DNA of 64,000 nucleotides, taken from the IMG/VR virus record IMGVR_UViG_3300028832_000100, one strand, 5' to 3'. The position numbers were made by a program, and so were the translations under genes. This document shows positions 1 to 7,351 of the stretch, piece after piece. Position 1 is the first letter of the stretch; each line of letters begins with the position of its first letter. The notes under the pieces were generated by a model. That model was not told where the DNA came from and did no database searches. It worked only from the letters and a program-made list of their open reading frames with translations. This DNA is from a virus. Lineage: Duplodnaviria; Caudoviricetes.

Positions 1-623
1 ATATTCGGCTTCAAAACAGTTCCCAAAACATAATTACTGTTATCACCTTTTGGATATGGCAAAATTTCATATTTTAATGCTTTTATCATCTTCTTTTTTG
101 ATGAATTACTTTTAGCGCAAAAATACACATACCTATGTTTTGAGGATCTAACTTTTCTCACACCGGTTTGGTCGCATTCTTTGTAATGTCTACTGTGCTT
201 ATTCCCACTTGTATATTTATCTGTTCTCTCTTTCGTACATCCTGTATAAATAAAATTACTTGCTTGATAAACATACCCATGATGATTCATTTCTGTGTCT
301 GAATAGGAGACAACTATTATATCAAACTGGGAAAGCATTTTTAAAGTTTTTGAAACAAAATAAGAAAGAGGAATATTAAGTTCTTCTTTTCTACACATTC
401 TGTTTAATTCCCATACCCTGTCGCTATACTCCTTACCACATATTCCTTCGCAAAGAGAATTTGAAGCTGGTTTTCCATAAGTAATAACAGCCATTAGGTT
501 GTTGTTAAAAAACCAACCAAAAGCACAGGTTACTTGCGGAATTCTCCCAGCATAATGACGGGGCATAATAAAAGATAATGCTTCTTGTCTACTTATTTCT
601 CTGACTTCTCCATAGTTTGTCAA
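1..623 (-). CDS. Mom-like (GNAT-fold) DNA adenine-modification protein, 3' end beyond the window
   Basis: Not in the ORF track. TTG start after GAGG. My translation LTNYGEVREISRQEALSFIMPRHYAGRIP...WELNRMC...VVSYSDTEMNHHGYVYQASNFIYTG...KHRYVYF matches Mom-family motifs. Confidence 0.7.
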   Translation of the reverse strand, partial: MTNYGEVREISRQEALSFIMPRHYAGRIPQVTCAFGWFFNNNLMAVITYGKPASNSLCEGICGKEYSDRVWELNRMCRKEELNIPLSYFVSKTLKMLSQFDIIVVSYSDTEMNHHGYVYQASNFIYTGCTKERTDKYTSGNKHSRHYKECDQTGVRKVRSSKHRYVYFCAKSNSSKKKMIKALKYEILPYPKGDNSNYVLGTVLKPN

Positions 624-730
624 AACAATTCCTCTTTATTTGAATTTTTCTAAAAGTAAAATATCCAAAATGAGTCTCCATTACTTATATTATCATAAAA
701 TAGCATTATAATTGATACTACACAATAATT

Positions 731-808
731 GTGGAAATTTAGAACTCTTTATGTACAATTTAAAAGATTGTCCCTTGTTAGGATAGAAGGATGAGTTCAG
801 ACAGCCAC
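731..808 (-). ncRNA. Y-RNA-like structured RNA, copy 1
   Basis: GUGGCUGUCUGAACUCAUCCUUCU...GAGUUCUAAAUUUCCAC; stems GUGG/CCAC and GAACUC/GAGUUC. Confidence 0.75.
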
Positions 809-842
809 GTGAAATATCTTAATTATAATGCTATCCATTTTG

Positions 843-907
843 TGTGGAAATTTAACACTCTTTATTACTATATTCAAGTTTAAGAAGGAAGAGTGCTTAC
901 AGCCACA
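843..907 (-). ncRNA. Y-RNA-like structured RNA, copy 2
   Basis: UGUGGCUGUAAGCACUCUUCCUUCU...AAGAGUGUUAAAUUUCCACA; inner stem GCACUCUU/AAGAGUGU. Confidence 0.75.
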
Positions 908-918
908 ATTTTTAGAAC

Positions 919-1058
919 TGTGCGGAAATTTCACTATCTAATTTTTTACTGTTGCTCTGCCGATTGAGCTATCCCCCGCTGATCGGGGGAGTAGGACTCG
1001 AACCTACAACAAACAGTTCCCTGTAAAATATAGAAGGAAGATAATGTTCAGCCGCACA
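919..1058 (-). ncRNA. YrlA-like RNA (copy 3) with a circularly permuted tRNA-like module
   Basis: The same terminal motif (GCGGCUG...UUCCUUCU...AAUUUCCGC) encloses a T-arm GUAGG-UUCGAGU-CCUAC, a loop-closed acceptor stem UCCCCCG-AUCAG-CGGGGGA, a D-arm GCUC-AAUCGGCA-GAGC and an ACUGU/ACAGU connector helix. Confidence 0.85.
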
Positions 1059-1066
1059 CAGTCAAA

Positions 1067-3280
1067 TTACAGCAATTCTCCCATGAAGTAATCAAGGTCG
1101 AATGCGGTAATGATGGGTACTTCGGTTTTGTCCCTTACGGTGCGCTTTACAAATCCGGTCACTTCATCAACTTCGGTTATGACTTCGTAAGGAGTCGTGG
1201 TGTCGTTGCTGAAAATGATGTCCGCTTGATTTCTGTCTTCTACGACATTCCCTCTTGCGATTGCATTCAACATAACGAGGTCATAAAGGTTCGGTTTGTT
1301 GATATTGACCATCGAATAGCAGGTAGCTGTAACGCCAGAGAGATTGCTTTCGAGATTGTTACCACCATAGTAGGATCTTTCCATAGAGTTGTTCATATCG
1401 CACCAGATGAACTTACGATCAACACAGTCAAAGATGACCGGGATCGCAACAGTAGCATCTGCTGTCAGGTCGATACTCATTTTTACAGTGGTAGGCTCAA
1501 AGATCTCACCGCTGTTTACATCTTCTCTTTCCATCCAACCAAAACGGCAGTTAGGGAGATCTCCGAACTTCTGTCTGGTAAAGTTATATACTTGATATAC
1601 AATGTATCGACCAGCATTCTTTTCAACGGCATCAATGTCAACATCAAGGAATTCAGCAACCCCTTCTCCATTCACACTTCCACCATTGGTGATATCTCCG
1701 GAATGACATGCTTTATACTTGGCAGAACGAAGATTCGTGTAAGAAACATGTTCAACATAATTCCAGTCTTCGTCATAGATGGCGGCAGAGAGGTCGATAT
1801 CAACTCTTTCGCCTCTATCAGTGTTTGTCCACCAGATAAATCCGCGAACCGCTTTCGCATTTTTATTGATCTTTATTTTGCTTCCTCTTACAATGGTTTT
1901 GTTGTATTTACTTGCGCTTCTCTGACTGAAAGGTACGAGATAGTCTTTGAAATTCCCGTCCACATAAACGTTTCCGAGAGACTCTTTTTTCTTGTACTGT
2001 TCGATCAAAGCATTGTTACAAATCCCGACGATTTTATTGCAAACATCCTCGGAGATTGCAGGGAGTTCATTCTTGATATACTTCGCTCTTGCCAAGTTCC
2101 CCTTGGGGAAGAATACCCTAATGGGCGCGTCAGAGGATGCTCTTCCAATGAAGTGCTGTCTCACCTGTAAAAGAACAGGGGTGGATACTTCATTTGCAAC
2201 GCTTTTGAAGTTCTCAACAATATAATCCGGATCAACAGCTTCTCTCACAACCTTATCGAGTTTTCTTGCAAATTCTCCGGGTCTGAGTTTGAGAAGTTCG
2301 GAAGCAACACGCATGTCTTTTTTAAGGATAGCATTTTGAACCTTACCACCAAACATGAGAGGCTTGTGTTCGTTGCGGAGGGTATTAAACGCCTTGTTGA
2401 TGTTGTTATACTTAGGGTACTTGTATTCACTCGGATGGAGAATCTCAGCGATTCTGATCCACTCATAGTGATATCTGAACAGATCTTCTGTAATATCGCC
2501 ACAACCTGCAAGAAGATTGAGGATCATTTTGCGTTCAGATCTCTTAAGGTTGCGATATTTTGTACTCGTTGCAAGGCTGATATCACCGTCAGACATTGCA
2601 GTGATGAGTCTCAGAACATCGGTCGCCGTTTTGAAATACTTTTTAATGTCATAACTCGATTTTACGGGTGCTTCTTCAATGATGAGCTTACCGATCAAAG
2701 CCACATTTTCCTTGAGAGGAATATCGTTAGGCAGGTAGTTACCATAGTCAGCGCACTCCTTAATAACAGTCTTGATATCCTCTTTATCCTGCTCAGACAA
2801 AGACGTTTTGCTCGATACAAGGTTCGAGAATACGCCCATAATATCTTCATATGTTCCCACAGAGAGGACATTGAACGAGCATTCATCGACGAGAGGGAGT
2901 CTCTCATCTTTTTCATACTCCGGCAGAACTTCTCCGAAAGTCCAGTAGTGGATAATCGCATTGACAAACAGTTCGACAAGGCTTGCTTCCATTACTTGAG
3001 TCGGGAAGTTGGGATACATAGGACTATACTGCACATCTGCCCCAACAAGCTTCTTCAGTTTCGGTACGAGTTCGGTATAGAACTTTCCAAACTCATCCCC
3101 AGAAAGGTGAGAAAGTGTTTCAAAGAGTTCTTTAGAGAAAGTGAACCCAAGAGATTGAATGTTTTTCAATCCCGACACAACGAGAGCTTTTTCCCTTTTG
3201 TCCTGTACATAGCTCTTGTCCTTGGGAGTGACAATAACCATGTGCTTTCTGCGGAGCAGTAATTCTTCTGTCTTTTTCAT
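1067..3280 (-). CDS. TROVE/ROT-like alpha-helical domain fused to a C-terminal TerD-like domain
   Basis: 737 aa. Helical N-terminal region with TATDVLRL and RPGEFARKLD. C-terminal RVDIDLSA...HSGDITNG...AEFLDVD are TerD-type motifs. GGAGG RBS. Confidence 0.7.
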   Translation of the reverse strand: MKKTEELLLRRKHMVIVTPKDKSYVQDKREKALVVSGLKNIQSLGFTFSKELFETLSHLSGDEFGKFYTELVPKLKKLVGADVQYSPMYPNFPTQVMEASLVELFVNAIIHYWTFGEVLPEYEKDERLPLVDECSFNVLSVGTYEDIMGVFSNLVSSKTSLSEQDKEDIKTVIKECADYGNYLPNDIPLKENVALIGKLIIEEAPVKSSYDIKKYFKTATDVLRLITAMSDGDISLATSTKYRNLKRSERKMILNLLAGCGDITEDLFRYHYEWIRIAEILHPSEYKYPKYNNINKAFNTLRNEHKPLMFGGKVQNAILKKDMRVASELLKLRPGEFARKLDKVVREAVDPDYIVENFKSVANEVSTPVLLQVRQHFIGRASSDAPIRVFFPKGNLARAKYIKNELPAISEDVCNKIVGICNNALIEQYKKKESLGNVYVDGNFKDYLVPFSQRSASKYNKTIVRGSKIKINKNAKAVRGFIWWTNTDRGERVDIDLSAAIYDEDWNYVEHVSYTNLRSAKYKACHSGDITNGGSVNGEGVAEFLDVDIDAVEKNAGRYIVYQVYNFTRQKFGDLPNCRFGWMEREDVNSGEIFEPTTVKMSIDLTADATVAIPVIFDCVDRKFIWCDMNNSMERSYYGGNNLESNLSGVTATCYSMVNINKPNLYDLVMLNAIARGNVVEDRNQADIIFSNDTTTPYEVITEVDEVTGFVKRTVRDKTEVPIITAFDLDYFMGELL

Positions 3281-3313
3281 TTTTTTAATCCTCCAAAATC
3301 ATAAAATAGATTC

Positions 3314-3402
3314 GTGGTAATTGTGTGAACTAAGAGACCCCGCACTCTGGCGAGGTGTTATTCTTTAATTCTATTAGAAGAAGGAAGTTCAAACATAGCC
3401 AC
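3314..3402 (-). ncRNA. Y-RNA-like structured RNA, copy 4
   Basis: GUGGCUAUGUUUGAACUUCCUUCU...AGUUCACACAAUUACCAC, with an extra hairpin ACCUCGC/GCGGGGU in the loop. Confidence 0.75.
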
Positions 3403-3415
3403 CTGAAGAAAGATT

Positions 3416-3482
3416 GTGGAAATTAGATGTTCGTTAAAAATTTCCAGTTTTTTATGTTAGAAGGAAGAACATCTATAGCCAC
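3416..3482 (-). ncRNA. Y-RNA-like structured RNA, copy 5
   Basis: GUGGCUAUAGAUGUUCUUCCUUCU...GAACAUCUAAUUUCCAC; perfect inner stem UAGAUGUUC/GAACAUCUA; starts 3 nt after the tRNA-Ala CCA. Confidence 0.75.
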
Positions 3483-3485
3483 TAA

Positions 3486-3563
3486 TGGTGGATCCAACGA
3501 GGATCGAACTCGTAACCTCCTGCTTGCAGGGCAGGTGCTCTCCCGAAATTGAGCTATGGACCC
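3486..3563 (-). tRNA. tRNA-Ala(TGC)
   Basis: Cloverleaf, G3:U70, loop CC-TGC-AA (C33), encoded CCA. Confidence 0.93.
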
Positions 3564-3588
3564 ATTGCTTCTGATCTTGCAGACTCGA

Positions 3589-3664
3589 TGGTAGGGCTAG
3601 CAGGAGTTGAACCCGCATTATGACAGTGAAAGCGTCATGTCCTTGCCTTTTAGACGATAGCCCC
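3589..3664 (-). tRNA. tRNA-Glu(TTC)
   Basis: Cloverleaf, loop CT-TTC-AC, CCA. Confidence 0.9.
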
Positions 3665-3668
3665 ATAA

Positions 3669-3742
3669 TGGTTGCGAGAGGTGGGAGTTGAACCCACAGA
3701 CGCGAGCTTATGAGACTCGCCAGCGACCGCCGCTACTCCGCA
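3669..3742 (-). tRNA. Atypical tRNA with CAT anticodon (Met/fMet-like)
   Basis: Loop CT-CAT-AA, normal T-arm, CCA; short D-arm and a bulge in the acceptor stem. Confidence 0.7.
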
Positions 3743-3756
3743 ATATATTATCTATT

Positions 3757-3843
3757 TGGTACTGGTAGTGGGACTCGAACCCACACTACTTATTAGTAAG
3801 GGGATTTTAAGTCCCCTGCGTCTGCCAATTTCGCCATACCAGC
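3757..3843 (-). tRNA. tRNA-Leu(TAA)
   Basis: Cloverleaf with long variable arm, loop CT-TAA-AA, CCA. Confidence 0.93.
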
Positions 3844-3872
3844 ATATTGTAACACTGCTGTATCTGTTACTT

Positions 3873-3901
3873 ATTATAACACAGAATCGGCGTATTGTCA
3901 A
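3873..3901 (-). promoter_or_regulatory. sigma-A type promoter driving the tRNA / Y-like RNA / ROT-TerD unit
   Basis: TTGACA-17 nt-TATAAT with extended TG. Confidence 0.85.
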
Positions 3902-3952
3902 CTACAAAAAGTTCACTATTCATTGATAGTAAAATTGTGATTCGTCAAATAC

Positions 3953-4318
3953 CTAATCAGAAATCTCTCCGAAGTATTCAATCGCTTTGTCCCCTGTATA
4001 TTCTCTCCATGTTTTTCTGTACATAGTAATATCGCAAGGTACTCCATCTCTTAAAGAGTAAACAACGAATTCTTCTGTATTTTTATCATACTTACAATAA
4101 GCATTTTTGTTTTCTCTCGTCAAAGAAATGTACCCAAAAATATTTTTGTTATCAATCCTTGAACGAGACAATTCATCTGCTCTTTTTTCATATTCTTCTT
4201 CTGAATAATCAAACTGTTTTTCATCTTTAATGCGCTTATTATAATGAGATTGTCTATTCTTTTCAGAAGTAGATTCTTCCTCGATGTCGTTAGCGTCTAA
4301 AATCCTTTTTGCTTTCAT
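3953..4318 (-). CDS. Hypothetical protein, possibly a BECR-fold ribonuclease-like domain
   Basis: ATG after AAGGA. SHYNKR...EEYEKRA...YDKNTEEFVV...ITMYRK resembles small toxin RNase domains (by eye only). Confidence 0.4.
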   Translation of the reverse strand: MKAKRILDANDIEEESTSEKNRQSHYNKRIKDEKQFDYSEEEYEKRADELSRSRIDNKNIFGYISLTRENKNAYCKYDKNTEEFVVYSLRDGVPCDITMYRKTWREYTGDKAIEYFGEISD

Positions 4319-4344
4319 ATATTTCCTTATTTCATAATATATAA

Positions 4345-4422
4345 TGGTACTGATGGAGGGACTCGAACCCACACTGCATAGATCCTAAGTCTATTGCCTC
4401 CTTCCAATTGGGCTACACCAGC
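4345..4422 (-). tRNA. tRNA-Leu(TAG) with short variable loop
   Basis: Loop CT-TAG-GA, 5-nt variable region, CCA. Confidence 0.88.
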
Positions 4423-4431
4423 ATATTACAT

Positions 4432-4520
4432 TGGCAGAGGGCAGTGGACTCGAACCACATTCCCATTACAGGAACGAATCGCTTAGCAGGCGATCTTCAC
4501 ACCTCGTGAATTTACCCTCT
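4432..4520 (-). tRNA. tRNA-Ser(GCT)
   Basis: Loop CT-GCT-AA, long variable arm, G73-CCA. Confidence 0.88.
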
Positions 4521-4524
4521 ATTT

Positions 4525-4609
4525 TGGTGGGGGAGGTAGGACTTGCACCTACGAAGCCGAAAGGCATTGGATTTACAGTCCAACCCAATTGCTGCTATGG
4601 GACTCCCCC
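4525..4609 (-). tRNA. tRNA-Tyr(GTA)
   Basis: Loop CT-GTA-AA, long variable arm, T-loop TGCAAGT instead of TTC, CCA. Confidence 0.85.
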
Positions 4610-4693
4610 TCTAATAGATGTCTTCTTCTTTTATAGCATCATACGAGGATATAACGAGCTATAAATAACAGGCTTTATTTTTACGCATCGCAT

Positions 4694-4912
4694 TTATTTT
4701 GCCATATCCAGTCGGACGGATACACAGGGCTGACCATTATATTCACCATGTACTGTGTTGACAGATACTTTCCCATCCCCGAGATTTTTGTCAAAATCTT
4801 TTTGAAGTTCTTCTACTAAATTGAAGATCGGATTCTCTTGATACTTTTTGATTCTCTCTTTCATTTTAGCGATATCCTCATCGGTCATGCTGTTGATTTC
4901 CTCATTCATCAT
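4694..4912 (-). CDS. Hypothetical protein
   Basis: ORF trimmed to the ATG after AAGGA; the upstream part of the track ORF overlaps a tRNA and the ribozyme. Confidence 0.6.
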   Translation of the reverse strand: MMNEEINSMTDEDIAKMKERIKKYQENPIFNLVEELQKDFDKNLGDGKVSVNTVHGEYNGQPCVSVRLDMAK

Positions 4913-4946
4913 AACTATTTTTCCTTTTAGTAAAATAATAATATAC

Positions 4947-4996
4947 AAGGCATTAGTAAAAACATCGTCACCACGTGAAGGTTGCCTTATGACGAC
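4947..4996 (-). ncRNA. Minimal HDV-like (theta) ribozyme at the tRNA-Thr 3' end
   Basis: P1 GUCGUCA/UGACGAU (G+1.U), P2 AAGGCA/UGCCUU, P3 ACC-UUCACGU-GGU, CUAA J4/2; begins right after the tRNA discriminator base. Confidence 0.85.
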
Positions 4997-5069
4997 AGCT
5001 GGCGAAGGGAATTGAACCCCCAACCTGCTGATTACAGGTCAGCTGCACTGCCAGTTGTGCTACGCCAGC
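4997..5069 (-). tRNA. tRNA-Thr(TGT), no encoded CCA
   Basis: Cloverleaf, loop CC-TGT-AA (C33). Confidence 0.92.
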
Positions 5070-5071
5070 GT

Positions 5072-5226
5072 GAAGAGGCATATTTGTATAGCCCGTCACC
5101 TCACGTGGCTGCCGTAGACACGTTCTCTACGGTTTTCTGTTTATGGATATCAGACTCCATATATGAATCCATATAGTGTGAAAGTAATGCGCCTCTTACC
5201 TTCGCACTATACTTCAGGATATACAA
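5072..5226 (-). ncRNA. Unassigned multi-hairpin, possibly pseudoknotted RNA
   Basis: Several strong helices plus long-range AAGAGGCG/UGCCUCUU pairing. Confidence 0.5.
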
Positions 5227-5274
5227 TTTATCCTTTCTATCAAAGAAAACACATGACTTTAGTCATAAGGTAGT

Positions 5275-6459
5275 TCACAAAGTCAAACACTCAATATCTT
5301 CTGCATATTTTGTGCTCGATTTATATATACAACTAAATTCTGTGAATAAATCTTTGATTTTGCAATTTCCAAATATTTCCCCATCTGTGTAGTTAAGATG
5401 GGAAACGAAGACAGAGAACTTTATAGGAAAATCTTCACCGCATAAGGAATAAGCAAGTGATCTGTCACTGTTTACCCGACTCATAAACTCTTTCTTATCG
5501 AAATATCCATACCGAATTGATTTCTGATATTTATTATCAATATTGGTTGCGTCTTCGATTAAAGGGTTTATCTTATCTTTGTCACACTCTGTCGGAAATT
5601 CTCCCGCGCCGTGTCTTGTAAAATAGGATCTGGTAATGTAACAAACCTCAATGTCACAAGAACATTGTAACTCTTTAATGAGTTTTAACGGATTTTGAGA
5701 TGTAGTGTCACTCGCTGTAACATGGGGGTATGATTTCTTATTGTTTTCATCAAGAGCCAGTCCTTGTGCGCCTTCAAACACAATCGTATCGAAAGCTTCT
5801 GCGATATGTTGGAAATCAGCAATTTCAACAACCGATTGCATTTCTCTTATGTCTTGCAGAAAATGATGTCTCAACCTTTCAGATGATATGAGAACCTTGT
5901 ATTCGTCCGGAATACGATAAATTCCATAATACTTCAGACGGTTTGGGAGGTAGACATTTGCAATATCTGTGAGATACTCAAAGATCTCCTCATCTCTCAT
6001 TGAAAACAGCTTAGAAAGACGAAAAGAATAGTTCCCATCCTCATATCGTTTTTGAGTTTCCCAAACGCCATACCCACACGATCCATGCCTACTATCTCCT
6101 CTACTGTCTTCAACAATCCAGTTGATAAAAGCATCATACGGTGTTGTGACACGACAGTCCTTAGAAGCAAAGCATCTCGGACGAACGGGAAGAGTTATAT
6201 ACTCCCTGACAAACTCGGCAGGATATACCATGAAATTTTTATCAAAGTAGGTGGTAGCACCGGAGAATGTCCCACTACCAAAATGATGGAAAACGTGTCT
6301 CCAACCATTTTTGAGATCAACTGTATGTCCTCTCTGACTTCCACCGTTGAAAAGGACATTCAAACACTTACCGTCACTATTTGAAGAAAAGTAATTTGTA
6401 GCAAGACCTTTGCATTCATCCCCGTAGTTGCTACCAATCACTACTTTGATATGTTTCAT
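5275..6459 (-). CDS. Adenylosuccinate synthetase-like protein (divergent PurA family)
   Basis: YGDECKG, GGSQRGHTV, GSCGYG, FEGAQG and TRHGAG motifs. Confidence 0.85.
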   Translation of the reverse strand: MKHIKVVIGSNYGDECKGLATNYFSSNSDGKCLNVLFNGGSQRGHTVDLKNGWRHVFHHFGSGTFSGATTYFDKNFMVYPAEFVREYITLPVRPRCFASKDCRVTTPYDAFINWIVEDSRGDSRHGSCGYGVWETQKRYEDGNYSFRLSKLFSMRDEEIFEYLTDIANVYLPNRLKYYGIYRIPDEYKVLISSERLRHHFLQDIREMQSVVEIADFQHIAEAFDTIVFEGAQGLALDENNKKSYPHVTASDTTSQNPLKLIKELQCSCDIEVCYITRSYFTRHGAGEFPTECDKDKINPLIEDATNIDNKYQKSIRYGYFDKKEFMSRVNSDRSLAYSLCGEDFPIKFSVFVSHLNYTDGEIFGNCKIKDLFTEFSCIYKSSTKYAEDIECLTL

Positions 6460-6463
6460 AATA

Positions 6464-7351
6464 TCACCAAGAAATCTCCGAATTTGTATTTAAGGTCGTA
6501 GCTTCGTATTCTGTGTTATTGGCGCATTCCGATACAATAGAAACGATTGTAGAAGCGATGTTGTCAAGATTAACCACTTTCAAGTGATCAGAGTCAAGAT
6601 ATTTGCCGAATGTTTCCCGAATCACATCGTCAAATAGATAGTAACTGGTTGCTCTGTCATCAACCGCGAGATGATAAATGTCAAACTTCTCTGCCACTTC
6701 TTTATACAGATCCTTTGTCTCGACATCACCCTGCAGACTATCACCCGTGGCTGCTTCGAGTGTTTCTTTCGGAAGGTAAGGGTTAAGAGGTTCATCACCC
6801 ATCGTGATAATGATACCTTTCCGACCGCGATTCCAACAATCGAGCTTAGTATGTCTCAGTCCAAGATACCATGCGCCGGTGTACGATTCATAGCTGTTTC
6901 CACCGCCGCCACCTTCAAAATAGATCTTGTCGAGTTGTTCAGCAATACGAACATCGGATTCAAATTGAGATATTTGAAGGGGAGCACAGTCATAGGCGAG
7001 ATCCCCAATCCCCATAATCATAAACTCAACATCTGTAACCTTTTCGTAAAGTTTGGTCATTACCTCATTCAGTTTCTTGGCAACCTCTGCCGCTGCACTA
7101 CCCATACTGCCAGTAACATCGAGAGCAAGAATGACGGGGATAGTGTTCGGGTGTTCTTCCGTATCAAGGCACTCACGGATCACCCCGCGAGGGTTCAGTT
7201 CGGGTTGAAGTTTTGACGAAGTAAAGAGATCCTGTGCTGTGTAGTTTGAAGAAAGTGTGACTACTCCCTTGACAGGATCGTCAACAACGGATCGACCAAC
7301 AGAGGTTGAGTAGGCTGTATAAGAGGATGTCGTCCAAACGCCACTTCCCAT
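6464..7351 (-). CDS. vWA domain protein
   Basis: MIDAS ALDVTGSMG, GGGGGN..ESY, ITMGDE. Confidence 0.85.
   Translation of the reverse strand: MGSGVWTTSSYTAYSTSVGRSVVDDPVKGVVTLSSNYTAQDLFTSSKLQPELNPRGVIRECLDTEEHPNTIPVILALDVTGSMGSAAAEVAKKLNEVMTKLYEKVTDVEFMIMGIGDLAYDCAPLQISQFESDVRIAEQLDKIYFEGGGGGNSYESYTGAWYLGLRHTKLDCWNRGRKGIIITMGDEPLNPYLPKETLEAATGDSLQGDVETKDLYKEVAEKFDIYHLAVDDRATSYYLFDDVIRETFGKYLDSDHLKVVNLDNIASTIVSIVSECANNTEYEATTLNTNSEISW

Noticed and set aside
946-1016. Ordinary tRNA gene or pseudogene
   Set aside because: The arms are in permuted order, with no anticodon loop and no CCA; it fits a YrlA-like mimic.
731-1058. Repeats read as a CRISPR array
   Set aside because: Each unit's two conserved halves pair around the variable part, unit lengths vary widely, helix sequences covary rather than repeat, and there are no cas genes.
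1226-3262. Long plus-strand ORFs (also 33582-34406, 7306-8082, 18472-19185 and others)
   Set aside because: Antisense shadows of well-supported minus-strand genes, with no RBS or recognisable motifs.
3457-5176. Track ORFs 3457-3666, 4431-4664 and 4982-5176
   Set aside because: They overlap tRNA genes.
5072-5210. HDV-like ribozyme or lysine riboswitch call for the structured RNA
   Set aside because: No P3/L3 can be formed for an HDV fold; AGAGGCGC alone is not enough for a lysine riboswitch, and no gene follows.
5275-6459. PurZ / Z-genome pathway
   Set aside because: The Asp of GDxxKG is retained (PurZ has Ser), and I recognise no DatZ or MazZ neighbours.
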